Positions 50,287 to 59,969 of a DNA stretch of 64,000 bases are shown here, piece by piece. Both the position numbers and the translations under genes were made by a program. The DNA comes from an uncultured virus (IMG/VR IMGVR_UViG_3300025296_001443) (taxonomy: Duplodnaviria; Heunggongvirae; Uroviricota; Caudoviricetes). How positions within the stretch are numbered: position 1 is the stretch's first letter; the number at the start of each line of letters is the position of its first letter. The notes below the pieces were generated by a model. That model did not search any database, was not told where the DNA came from, and was given only the letters and a program-made list of their open reading frames with translations. The stretch lies in IMG/VR virus record IMGVR_UViG_3300025296_001443. One strand, written 5' to 3'.

Positions 50287-51532
50287 TCGGTATATATTTT
50301 ACAGTATCTTTAACTTTTAAATATCTAAATGGATCAATAACTACAGAGCCCGGCATAAAATAAAATTCTTTCCAAGCTTCATGTTTAGTTCCTATAAAAA
50401 ATAATTGAGGTTCTTTATCCCATTTATAAGTATCCTTTACTTTCATAATATCATTATCGTCTACCCAAGGATCCCACATAGTAACTTCTTTACCTTTTTC
50501 TTTTAAAATATTTTTCAACAATATGGAAGGACTTCCTACTGTTAAATTAGTTTCAGGTTTAAAACATTTACCTAGAATATTTATTTTTTTATCTTCAGCA
50601 TATTTTATACATAAGTCAGCTAACCATTCAGTTTGAACTTCTCTTTGTTTCATTATATTATCATACCAATTATAGGATAAATTTAATTTTTGAGCTAAAT
50701 AACTCAGAGCTATATTATCTCTAGGATGACAACCCCCTCCATCTCCCATTCCACCTGTTAAATATTTAGGACTTATAATTCTATCAGTGCATAAAGAAAG
50801 AGCTTTTGTTACATCATCAACATCAGTATTAGGTAAGTAATGACAAGTTTCCATAATAGTATTGATCATTGCTATCTTCGTTGAAATAAAAGTATTATAA
50901 ACTACTTTTATTAATTCAGCATTTTCTAAAGTAGTTTCATGAAATGGAGCATCATTTATAGTTCTATAAAATTCTTTAGCTTTTTCGGCAGCATTTTTAT
51001 TATCTACTCCAAATAAAATAACTTCACTATTTAAAAAATCAGGAATAGTAGTACCCATTGCTATAAAGAAAGGATTATAACAAAGTTTTAAATGTTTTCC
51101 TAATATTGGTTTAATAAGTTTTGTAATAGTACCAGGAAGAACAGTAGATATAATAACCACAACTTTATCTTTTCCCTGTTTTTCGATTTCTTCATTTAAA
51201 TCTTTTATTCCTTTTACTAAATAATCATAATTAAAGTCTGCTCTTTCTTTAGGTATTCTTGTTATACCTTCATATTTTTCTTCATGAGGAGTTTGAATTG
51301 GAACAAATATAATATCACTTTCTTCAACAATATTATTTATAGGTTTTAATTGTAGTTTAGATTTTTGTAATAACTCAATAGCATCTTCTTCTTTATATGT
51401 TAAAGTTTTAAATCTAATATCACGAAGTGTACGATCATTAATATCTGTTCCTATAACAGTATGACCTTTACTTTCACATGCTAAAGCTACTGGTAGACCA
51501 AGTTTTCCTAAACCAATAAAACCTATTTTCAT
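50261..51532 (-). CDS. ugd: UDP-glucose/GDP-mannose dehydrogenase family
   Basis: IGLGKLG, QTP, STVLPGT, YNPFF, AELIK..YN, GGGCHPRD, FKPET. Confidence 0.9.
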   Translation of the reverse strand: MKIGFIGLGKLGLPVALACESKGHTVIGTDINDRTLRDIRFKTLTYKEEDAIELLQKSKLQLKPINNIVEESDIIFVPIQTPHEEKYEGITRIPKERADFNYDYLVKGIKDLNEEIEKQGKDKVVVIISTVLPGTITKLIKPILGKHLKLCYNPFFIAMGTTIPDFLNSEVILFGVDNKNAAEKAKEFYRTINDAPFHETTLENAELIKVVYNTFISTKIAMINTIMETCHYLPNTDVDDVTKALSLCTDRIISPKYLTGGMGDGGGCHPRDNIALSYLAQKLNLSYNWYDNIMKQREVQTEWLADLCIKYAEDKKINILGKCFKPETNLTVGSPSILLKNILKEKGKEVTMWDPWVDDNDIMKVKDTYKWDKEPQLFFIGTKHEAWKEFYFMPGSVVIDPFRYLKVKDTVKYIPIGKNNDSI

Positions 51533-53374
51533 TTATTTTGCGTTACCCCAATTGTCTCCTTTCTCGACATCCACCTTAAGAGGCACTTTCAACTTTACGC
51601 AAGTTTTCATGATTTGTAAAGCTTCTTCAAAACATTTTTGTTTATTCCAAGGAATTGAAAAATCTAATTCATCGTGAATAGTTAATTTTAAATCAATCTC
51701 ATCTAATAAACCTGCTTCATATATTTTTATCATTGCAGATTTTGTAATATCTGCTGATGAACCTTGAATTAAAGCATTTAATGCAGTATGAGTATAAGCT
51801 CTTTTAAGTTCTTGTTTAGGATAATGGGAATAGGCTTCTGATAAAGAATAGGCTCTTTCTCCCCAACTATCTCTAGGTTCCCATAAATCAAATCTTCTTT
51901 TTCTTCCTAATAAAGTTTTAATGTAACCTCTACTCCCTGCTATATGCGATACTTGTCTTGATAGTTCTCTAACAAAAGGTACTCTACTATGATATTGATT
52001 AAATAATTCATAAGCTTGATCTTGTTCTAATCCTAATTGTGCTGCTAATTTTTTATTTCCCATACCATAAAATAATCCTAAATTAATAGTCTTGGCTTGC
52101 TTTCTTTCTATACCTGCCATATTAGCTACCATTTGATGAAAGTCTGTTTTATCATTTCTACAAAATTCTTTTTGGACTTGTAAAGCACTCTTCATATCTT
52201 TAAGACAAGCATAATGTATTAATACTCTAGGTTCTTGTTGAGAATAATCAGCACAATGCCATTCTGAATCTTCTTCAGGTATAAATAAACTTCTGATCAT
52301 CGGACCAAGTTCAGGGTCTCTAGCTGGTACTTGTTGAAGATTAGGATATTGAGAACTAAATCTTCCTGTAACTGTACCCATTGGATTAAAACTACAATGT
52401 ATACGACCATTAACAGATTTATCAATAATCATATTTTTAATAAATGTATTTCGTATCTTGTCTAATTTACGAATATTTAAAATACTTTGACTAACATCGT
52501 CCACTTGAGTTTCCAACCAAGCTGCAGTGAAAGATGGAGTACCTTTTGCGGTGTAGTTATATTTAATGTTATTTTTATCATATGCTTCCTTTAAGGAGGC
52601 GTTTGCCCATACATTAACTATGGTTCCTCCTAAAGTATTTAGTCGTGATTGCATATGAATTTGTTTTTTTTCTAATTCGTTATATAATTTATGTGCTTTA
52701 TCAACATCAACTCTTACTCCTTTTTTTCTCATATGAAATAGAACAGGTATAAGTCTTGATTCAAATTTAATTATATCTTCAACACCTTCTCTCTTTATTC
52801 TTTCTTGTTGTTTTTGATATATCTGTAAAGTAAGTAAAGCATCTTCTTTAGCATATTCACTTACTTCATTAGCATGTAATCTCCATAAATTTTCTTTTAC
52901 TTTAGCACGTTTACCAAACTTATATAAGACAGCTTGTTCGAGTTCAACTTCGTATTTAGATTTTCTTAAATAAAACTTTGCTAAAGAGTTTAATGAATAC
53001 TTTAATTTATTTTCATCAAGTAGATGTTCTATGGAAAGTACATCTAAAATCTCGTGACTACGAGTAAGGGTAAGTCGCTTATCCAGTGAATAAAGCCACT
53101 CTACGTCATACATTGCGTTAGCAAATATAAGCTTTTTCTTCTTTGAGTAAATATATAATAAAAAACTAATTACTTTTTCTTTATTTAAATTTCCACCGCC
53201 TTGATGTTTAATTGGAAAATATTCATTATATCCACTATCAGTTGCAATAGAAATACTTGCTATAAAACCATCTTTTCTAAAACCACCTGGTCCCATTGTT
53301 TTAAGATTAGGATCACAGGTCTCTGTATCTATTGCTATTAAATTTGCTTCATCTATTTTATTTACATTAAACAT
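51533..53374 (-). CDS. polA: DNA polymerase family A (3'-5' exo + pol; Leu at the 762-equivalent)
   Basis: IDTET, TGRFSSQYPNLQQVP, DYSQQEPR, AKTINLGLFYGMG, NALIQGSSAD, TIHDEL. Confidence 0.95.
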   Translation of the reverse strand: MFNVNKIDEANLIAIDTETCDPNLKTMGPGGFRKDGFIASISIATDSGYNEYFPIKHQGGGNLNKEKVISFLLYIYSKKKKLIFANAMYDVEWLYSLDKRLTLTRSHEILDVLSIEHLLDENKLKYSLNSLAKFYLRKSKYEVELEQAVLYKFGKRAKVKENLWRLHANEVSEYAKEDALLTLQIYQKQQERIKREGVEDIIKFESRLIPVLFHMRKKGVRVDVDKAHKLYNELEKKQIHMQSRLNTLGGTIVNVWANASLKEAYDKNNIKYNYTAKGTPSFTAAWLETQVDDVSQSILNIRKLDKIRNTFIKNMIIDKSVNGRIHCSFNPMGTVTGRFSSQYPNLQQVPARDPELGPMIRSLFIPEEDSEWHCADYSQQEPRVLIHYACLKDMKSALQVQKEFCRNDKTDFHQMVANMAGIERKQAKTINLGLFYGMGNKKLAAQLGLEQDQAYELFNQYHSRVPFVRELSRQVSHIAGSRGYIKTLLGRKRRFDLWEPRDSWGERAYSLSEAYSHYPKQELKRAYTHTALNALIQGSSADITKSAMIKIYEAGLLDEIDLKLTIHDELDFSIPWNKQKCFEEALQIMKTCVKLKVPLKVDVEKGDNWGNAK

Positions 53375-53838
53375 TAATTTAATTTTCCTAAAATAAAATT
53401 AATATTTATATAAGCCCAATCTCTATCTGTCATACACCATAATCTTTCAGCATCTTTATGAATATACTTTTCTCCAAATACAATATTTTTAGCTGAAGTA
53501 TTTAAAAGTAATTTAACACAATGAATACAAGGACTCACTGTAAGATAAACAGTATGAATATCATACACATCTTTACATTGAAGTAATGCGTTTTGCTCAG
53601 CATGTATTGCTTCGCATTTATCTAAATCTTTTCCACTTGTGGAATTTGCTCCTTTACAAGGATTATCTAAACAATGAGAAAATCCACTAGGATTTCCATT
53701 ATATCCAGTTGCTAATACATGATTTTTTTTATTTACTAAAATACAACCAACTTTTCTTCTGACACAAGTTCCTCTTTCTGAGACTAATAAAGCCATTCTT
53801 AAAAAATAAAAATCAGCTGGTTGTCTATAATTAGCCAT
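53374..53838 (-). CDS. dCMP deaminase
   Basis: C.RRKVGC, TGYNG, HAEQNA, SPCIHC. Confidence 0.92.
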   Translation of the reverse strand: MANYRQPADFYFLRMALLVSERGTCVRRKVGCILVNKKNHVLATGYNGNPSGFSHCLDNPCKGANSTSGKDLDKCEAIHAEQNALLQCKDVYDIHTVYLTVSPCIHCVKLLLNTSAKNIVFGEKYIHKDAERLWCMTDRDWAYININFILGKLN

Positions 53839-54664
53839 ATATTAAATAATCTAATCTTTCTGAAAGTAATCCATTAGGTCTTAATTCGTTACCTGTTACA
53901 TCTGCCATTTCCCATAAAATATCAATAAATTTAGTAGGAGTTTTTTTATACTTTTCAATAAGATTATTTAAATTAAAATCTTTATCATCATAATTACTTT
54001 TAAATATATTATCTAATTTACTAAAATCATTTTCATAGACATGTCTACTTCCTGCTTGTATATTTAATTCACCTAATTTACATTTTAATCCACGTAAATT
54101 TAACCAACAAATTATATAAAAAGAGATTGCACTAAAGTTAAAAGTATCATAAGGAGTACCTAACCAGCCGTCATTACTTCTCATACTAGCAATCGTATGT
54201 AACCATAACTCATCACTTGCTTCTCTTAATAAAAATTGTAAAGATAAAGTACAAGGAATATCTTTACTTGATCTAGGATTCTCTCTCCATATATTTATAA
54301 CAGCTTGTCTACTATCATTATCTTTTATTAAAGTATCAATTATATATGAAGTTTGAGTAATGATTTTAGGACCATAAGCTCCAAAAAAAGTTACACCATC
54401 ATCACTAAATCTTTTAACTCCATCAACATATTTAGATACACTTGCAACATCATTTCTACCGCTTAACATCCATGCTGCTTCACCAAACATAAAACTATAA
54501 GATAATTTTCTTTCAGGTATAGTTATAATAGGGTCTTCCATACCTATTTTAAAAGAGTGATTAATTTTTTCTTTTATATTTAATCCTCTAGGTTTACACA
54601 TAAACTCAGAACGATTATAAATATCCTCTAACATTTTTTTATATCTAATATTGGTTTCTTTCAT
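53831..54664 (-). CDS. Thymidylate synthase homologue, predicted dCMP hydroxymethylase/methylase
   Basis: AYGP, DSRQAV, DIPCT catalytic Cys, MRSNDGWLGTPYD with Asp at the dUMP(Asn)/dCMP(Asp) specificity position, HVYE. Confidence 0.8.
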   Translation of the reverse strand: MKETNIRYKKMLEDIYNRSEFMCKPRGLNIKEKINHSFKIGMEDPIITIPERKLSYSFMFGEAAWMLSGRNDVASVSKYVDGVKRFSDDGVTFFGAYGPKIITQTSYIIDTLIKDNDSRQAVINIWRENPRSSKDIPCTLSLQFLLREASDELWLHTIASMRSNDGWLGTPYDTFNFSAISFYIICWLNLRGLKCKLGELNIQAGSRHVYENDFSKLDNIFKSNYDDKDFNLNNLIEKYKKTPTKFIDILWEMADVTGNELRPNGLLSERLDYLIYG

Positions 54665-54666
54665 AT

Positions 54667-54873
54667 TTATTTTTGATCCTTTTCATCTAAATAAGATTTA
54701 ACTAATATTTTTATTAATTTAGACATTGAAAATCCTCTTTTCATACAATGTTTTTTTAATCTAGCGTGTAGTTCAGCTCCTAAACATAAACCCATAACTC
54801 CATATCTTCTTGTTGGACTTATAAGTTTTGGTTTTTTTGGCTCTACCAGTTTATCTATTTCATTTATATTCAT
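54667..54873 (-). CDS. Ribbon-helix-helix DNA-binding protein
   Basis: Short beta strand then ELHARLKKHC..RG.SMSKLIK.LV..YL. Confidence 0.55.
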   Translation of the reverse strand: MNINEIDKLVEPKKPKLISPTRRYGVMGLCLGAELHARLKKHCMKRGFSMSKLIKILVKSYLDEKDQK

Positions 54874-55062
54874 TTAATATTTCACTTTAATTTTATTAGT
54901 ATCTATCCATTTTGCTAAATTATTTCCTTTTTTATTTTTATACATACATAAAACATTCATTTTAGGAAATTTAAGAACTAAAGATTGTAACATTTTTTTA
55001 AAAGACATTGCCTCTATCGTTTCTTCTTTATCTTTAGTTTTAATTTTATAAGTGTATCGCAT
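54874..55062 (-). CDS. Hypothetical protein
   Basis: EAMSFKK, YKNKKGN; coupled ORF. Confidence 0.45.
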   Translation of the reverse strand: MRYTYKIKTKDKEETIEAMSFKKMLQSLVLKFPKMNVLCMYKNKKGNNLAKWIDTNKIKVKY

Positions 55063-55618
55063 AATTTTTCATAATTTTATTAGTGAATTCATCTAATTTG
55101 TATCCATCTTTAAACATATCATATCTCATAAAATCTTTTCTGTCACGCAGAGGCGATAGCGTGGATAAAAAATTACTTCGATCAGGTTTACCGAACCAAT
55201 GATAGTAATAATAATCTACTACTTTATCAATATTATGATATTCTTCATGTCTTAATTCTCTATTAATTCTATGATTTTCTTTTACTCTTTCAATATCTTC
55301 TGGAATACACCATACATAAAAAGTTTTTTGATCTTTTAATCTATTATATAAAAACCTAGGATTATAACTAGGTCCATTTCTATAAATATAAGCATAGCAT
55401 TGTTCACTTGGCCAATGTCTATCTAATAAAACTAATTTTCCTTCTAATTTTTTTCTAATAGCATATCTAGCACTAGCTGTATGCCACAATTTCATATTCT
55501 TATGAACTCTTAAATGCATATAATAAGAGTTTTTATATTTCTTTTTTATATGATTAATTAAAGTAGTTTTACCTACACCATCTGGTCCATCAAAAATTAT
55601 TATTCCATTAGTAGACAT
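55046..55618 (-). CDS. P-loop nucleotide monophosphate kinase (thymidylate kinase-like)
   Basis: IIFDGPDGVGKTT, LLDRHWPSE..Y. Confidence 0.85.
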   Translation of the reverse strand: MSTNGIIIFDGPDGVGKTTLINHIKKKYKNSYYMHLRVHKNMKLWHTASARYAIRKKLEGKLVLLDRHWPSEQCYAYIYRNGPSYNPRFLYNRLKDQKTFYVWCIPEDIERVKENHRINRELRHEEYHNIDKVVDYYYYHWFGKPDRSNFLSTLSPLRDRKDFMRYDMFKDGYKLDEFTNKIMKNYAIHL

Positions 55619-56652
55619 TTAAAAAATTCTTTCGTTCTTTCTTTCGACCAAAATTTATTTCTTAAAATTTCAGCTTGATTATTAAATACTTTAATTAACT
55701 CATCACTGCTACAATTTTCTAACTTTTCAAGATCATGATAAAAACCTAATACTTTAGTTTCTTCAGGATGACCATAAATAATACAACCAGCATCTAATGC
55801 CATTTTATATCTTACTCTCCACCAACCACTCCCTTGTAAAGTATGATAATGTGGTGGACTTATTATTCCCCATATTTTACAGTACTCGGCAAATAATTCA
55901 TGTTCTTTTAATCTTATCTGTCCTTCTTTTATATTTCCATAAGTTTTCACAGGCCAATTAAAATATTGATGTTTTAACCAGTTTTGTTTACTTACTAAAC
56001 TAGCACAAGCCCATTCTTTTTTTCTTTCGTGAGATTGACTTGAAAATAAATTTATTAAATCAGGATGATCTAAATGTAAATCACAATAAATTGAAGGATC
56101 CCAATTTATAATTTCTTTAGCCCTCATTCCTAAAGTTTCATAATTACCACCATCATATGCTGGAATTAAAAGTTTATAAGGCCATTCTTCAAAAGCGAAT
56201 GTATCTACAAAATCTTCTATTTCTTTTTTATAAGCTTGAGCCTCATCCCAATTAACTTTTCCTACTGGATTTCCTGCTTTACTTAATTTTTTCCATATTC
56301 TCCAATGACCTCTACTAAAAGTTCCAAAACCACTTACTGAATCTTTAGTTTGCCAATCATCTATTGATACAATAGCATCGGGTCTTTTAATTAAAGTATA
56401 TGCTGCACCATACCAGAAACGTGCTGATAAACTATTAGGACCAAATACAAATACAAAAACTTTATCATATTGAGAAACATTTTCTCCCGGGACGATTGCT
56501 TTTTGAGTTACATCATGCCCTAAATCTTTTAAAACTTTTGGTAATATTCTAGCTGATGTAGATATATTTAATGTACTTCTTGCTGTACCTACAGCTAATG
56601 CATTAAAGCCTGTTATTAATATTTTCATTTTGTTCTTTCTCTTCCTCAACAA
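55600..56652 (-). CDS. GT-B glycosyltransferase, T4 beta-glucosyltransferase-like (putative DNA glycosyltransferase)
   Basis: Likely start MKILITG; L..LGHDV, YDKVFV, SIDDW acidic motif, GWWRVRY..ALDAGC; lies inside the nucleotide-modification cluster. Confidence 0.6.
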   Translation of the reverse strand: MLRKRKNKMKILITGFNALAVGTARSTLNISTSARILPKVLKDLGHDVTQKAIVPGENVSQYDKVFVFVFGPNSLSARFWYGAAYTLIKRPDAIVSIDDWQTKDSVSGFGTFSRGHWRIWKKLSKAGNPVGKVNWDEAQAYKKEIEDFVDTFAFEEWPYKLLIPAYDGGNYETLGMRAKEIINWDPSIYCDLHLDHPDLINLFSSQSHERKKEWACASLVSKQNWLKHQYFNWPVKTYGNIKEGQIRLKEHELFAEYCKIWGIISPPHYHTLQGSGWWRVRYKMALDAGCIIYGHPEETKVLGFYHDLEKLENCSSDELIKVFNNQAEILRNKFWSKERTKEFFKCLLME

Positions 56653-57049
56653 TTTGATCTATATTAGGAGCTTGCCAACCTTTAGGTTTAATTACATCAA
56701 ATGCTGTTCCTCGTTTTTTTGATTTACTTTTAGCTCTTACTTTTTTCATATTAGCTGTTTGTACTGCTTTCCAAGCTTTTTCAAAAGGTAAATTAAATAA
56801 CCAGGCAGTACCTAAAGCTATATAAACTATATCAATAAGAGCATCTAATGCTGCAGCATCGTCTTTTTTAGTTATAGCTTGAGTATATTCAGCTAATTCT
56901 TCCATTAAAAAAGAAGTTCTAAAATTAACTAATTCAGAATCATCGGGTATTCCTACTTTTTCATTCTTTTTAAAACCAAATTTATTATGAAATCTATTTA
57001 TATCTCCTAATAAATCTTCGTGTAAATTAAAAATATCTGAATTTTTCAT
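56603..57049 (-). CDS. MazG/PRA-PH-like nucleotide pyrophosphohydrolase
   Basis: FH.KF, LMEELAEY, DALIDIVY.ALG, VQTANMKK, KPKGW. Confidence 0.85.
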   Translation of the reverse strand: MKNSDIFNLHEDLLGDINRFHNKFGFKKNEKVGIPDDSELVNFRTSFLMEELAEYTQAITKKDDAAALDALIDIVYIALGTAWLFNLPFEKAWKAVQTANMKKVRAKSKSKKRGTAFDVIKPKGWQAPNIDQIVEEEKEQNENINNRL

Positions 57050-57211
57050 TTAACACTCTTACTATTTTGCCAAATGTTATTATTAAATACTTTAATCAAC
57101 CGGCTAAGTTCTACATTATATTCTTTACCTTGTTTATTGGTAAACATCACCGTACAGTCGTCATGACACGGTAATTTATTTCCCTTCCAAACTAATGTTA
57201 CTTTATCTTTA

Positions 57212-57406
57212 TCATTCATATTTTTTAAATGCCATTCTCCAAAGCCATGATCTTGTAATAGATACTCCTGTAAATATTAAAGCAATTCCAATACTATCCA
57301 TAATGGTTGGATATAATCCAAAAAATGGAAAAATATAAAGCTGTATTAATATAGCTAAAATAAATCCTGATCCCACATCTATAAAACTTTCTATAAAACT
57401 TCTCAT
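57212..57406 (-). CDS. Small two-TM membrane protein
   Basis: SFIES..DVGSGF, FT.VSI.RS..WR..F. Confidence 0.55.
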   Translation of the reverse strand: MRSFIESFIDVGSGFILAILIQLYIFPFFGLYPTIMDSIGIALIFTGVSITRSWLWRMAFKKYE

Positions 57407-58461
57407 AATAAACTTTCTTGTGTCGGTGCCTTTCTAAAATCTATAATTTGTAAATCTTCTTCTTTTTTATTCTTCTCTTTAATACTACTTTTTATTATTC
57501 TCGATACATATTCAGCGACAGGTGGCATTACTCCTCTTGCAATTTGTGATCCTATACTAGAAGCTGGTCCTTCCCATTTATAATCTACTGGAAAACCTGC
57601 CATATAAGCTAATTCTTTATGACCAAATAATCTATCTTGAGTAGGATGTATATAAAATCCTCCTGCTATAACTGGTATATGTGCATTTTCTTTTAATCTC
57701 CATTTCATAAATTGAGGTCTCCCTTTTACTCCTCCACGCATTCCTCCTCTCACCCAAGTTTCAGGTGGATTATACCTTTCCCATGTTACTCTTAAACTTT
57801 CTCCTTGTTTACAATATTTAAGATAAGGTTTTTCATTTTCTCCTAACTTCATTAAATGTCCTACATCTGATCCGTGTTCCTTTTTAAATTGAGCTAAAAC
57901 TTCTCCAGTTGTAGGTAATGGTTGAAAATTTAAAGAACGTGCATTTAATCCATATTTAGTTGCTATAAAGAAAAATCTTTTTCTACTATGATTTAAACCA
58001 GTAAAGCCTCCATCAATTAATAAGTGAGTAACTTGATAATTTAATTTATTTGCTTCTTTAGTTAATTCCATAATCATTGGATATCCTCCATTTTTAGAGT
58101 AAATTCGAGGAACTGATTCAATAGCTAAAGCTGTAGGATTTAATTCTTTTAAAAGATTAAAACTATTTCTCCAACACGCAATTCTAGGATCATCTCTCCA
58201 TGCTCCTGCTCCTTTCTGTCCTCCTCCTAAATTAGACCAGGGAGCACAAGGAGGATTACAATAAACAAAATCAATTTTATTTTTAAATTTTTTTCTAGGC
58301 CATTCTTCTTCACCTTCATATACAGGAATATTTGGAAAATTAGCTTTAAAAGTTTTTTTATATAAACCAGGTTTCATTTCAAAATGAGCTTCAACATCAA
58401 AATGTTTACTTACTCCTAAAGTAAATCCACCTGCAAATATGTAACTTCCTAATGCTTTCAT
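57403..58461 (-). CDS. Divergent DNA cytosine-C5 methyltransferase-like enzyme
   Basis: PPCAPWS (motif IV), ESV (VI), HSRKRFF (VIII), E.A..AGFP.DY (IX); motifs I (YIFAGGF) and X (QIARGVMPP) are atypical. Confidence 0.8.
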   Translation of the reverse strand: MKALGSYIFAGGFTLGVSKHFDVEAHFEMKPGLYKKTFKANFPNIPVYEGEEEWPRKKFKNKIDFVYCNPPCAPWSNLGGGQKGAGAWRDDPRIACWRNSFNLLKELNPTALAIESVPRIYSKNGGYPMIMELTKEANKLNYQVTHLLIDGGFTGLNHSRKRFFFIATKYGLNARSLNFQPLPTTGEVLAQFKKEHGSDVGHLMKLGENEKPYLKYCKQGESLRVTWERYNPPETWVRGGMRGGVKGRPQFMKWRLKENAHIPVIAGGFYIHPTQDRLFGHKELAYMAGFPVDYKWEGPASSIGSQIARGVMPPVAEYVSRIIKSSIKEKNKKEEDLQIIDFRKAPTQESLL

Positions 58462-59969
58462 CTTAATTCGTAACTATACTTCGTTTCTGGATGCAGTAAG
58501 AACAAATTTTTTCTAGCTCTAGTAACAGCTACATAAAAAACTCGATGTTCATCATCTGGTTCCGTATTAAATTTTCTCCATGTCTTATAAGAAATATCAG
58601 AGATAACTACTACATTATCACTTTCACCACCTTTTATTCCATGAATAGTTGATAATCTTATTCTTGCTTTATCTTTAAAAATATCTCCTGATCTAATTAA
58701 AGATTCAAACATTAAAATATCTTCAGGATCTAAACCAAAAATAACTTCTTGCCATTCTCCTTGAGCTATTAGTCCTACATTTTCTTTTAAATATTGAAGA
58801 GAAAATTCTATATTTTGATCAATACCTTCTAATTTTTTAAAACCCCTAGTAATTCCAGTTTTACTTTTAATGCATTGATATAATTTTTTTAATTCATCAA
58901 ACGAAATAGTTTCACCTCTATTTAATTTAATCCATGATCTAATAGCAATAACAAATTTATTAGTTTTAAATTCGTGATGACTTTTTTCATAAAACCAACC
59001 CATTCTTTTACAGTATGCTTCAGCTTTAAATAATTGATAACCTGATCGTGCTAATATAAGCCATTCTCCTTCTGACATATCTACATCTTCAATAGAATAA
59101 ATATCAGTTATTGATCCTTGATCCTCCTTGGAAGTCCATTTTTTACTTTGTCTTAAAGAAATTTTATGAGAAATATCACAAGCTAATTTATGAATAGTTT
59201 TTGGTAATCTATAACTTATAGGTAAGACTTTAATATTTCCTTTAATATTTAAAAATCTTTTAACATCAGCTCCTGCCCAACGATAGATAGCTTGATCATC
59301 ATCACCTGCTATATATCTAAATTTACAATACTCATTTATTCTTTCTATTACTTTCCATTGTTTAGTTGTTAAATCTTGAGCTTCATCTACAAAAATAATA
59401 TCTAATTGTGGAATAGTTTCTTCTTTTATAAAAATATCTAACATATCTGTAAAATCTAAAAGATTTTTAGATTTCTTAAAATTCATTAATGCTTTAGAAA
59501 AATATTCTTGTTCTTCCCAAGTATGTTCACATTCTAATTCTTTCCATACTTCTTTTAAATCTCTTTCACTTGACCTTGAAACTTCATCACAGAATAAAAG
59601 TAAATCACCTCTTTTATTTCCTACAGATAATCCTGATGTATCTTCTTCAGATACTCCTGACATTTCTACTCTTGCAATTTCACTAAATTCTTTTACACGT
59701 TCTCCTTTAAAAACTTGACCACTATTTATATTTAAAGTTCGATAACATAAACTATGTATAGTTCTAAAATATTCTAATTCATCTTCTGAAAGATTAAACT
59801 TTTTAATAACTCTACCTCTTGCCTCTCTAATTGCTCTACGAGTAAAAGAAAAAAATCCAATTTTTTCAGGTTTATATCCTTCTGCAATTTTTTCTTCTAA
59901 AAGTTTTAAAAGAGTTGTAGTTTTTCCTGTTCCAGGACTACCAAAAATTTTAATTGTCTTACTTTCCAT
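58458..59969 (-). CDS. UvrD/Rep-family helicase
   Basis: GSPGTGKT, TIHS, VDEAQD, GDDDQAIY.WAGA, SYRLP, TIHGIKGGE, YVAVTRA. Confidence 0.92.
   Translation of the reverse strand: MESKTIKIFGSPGTGKTTTLLKLLEEKIAEGYKPEKIGFFSFTRRAIREARGRVIKKFNLSEDELEYFRTIHSLCYRTLNINSGQVFKGERVKEFSEIARVEMSGVSEEDTSGLSVGNKRGDLLLFCDEVSRSSERDLKEVWKELECEHTWEEQEYFSKALMNFKKSKNLLDFTDMLDIFIKEETIPQLDIIFVDEAQDLTTKQWKVIERINEYCKFRYIAGDDDQAIYRWAGADVKRFLNIKGNIKVLPISYRLPKTIHKLACDISHKISLRQSKKWTSKEDQGSITDIYSIEDVDMSEGEWLILARSGYQLFKAEAYCKRMGWFYEKSHHEFKTNKFVIAIRSWIKLNRGETISFDELKKLYQCIKSKTGITRGFKKLEGIDQNIEFSLQYLKENVGLIAQGEWQEVIFGLDPEDILMFESLIRSGDIFKDKARIRLSTIHGIKGGESDNVVVISDISYKTWRKFNTEPDDEHRVFYVAVTRARKNLFLLHPETKYSYELR

Noticed and set aside
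53831..54664. Ordinary thyA
   Set aside because: Asp at the specificity position and the kinase/glycosyltransferase context point to a dCMP-acting enzyme, so the symbol is withheld.
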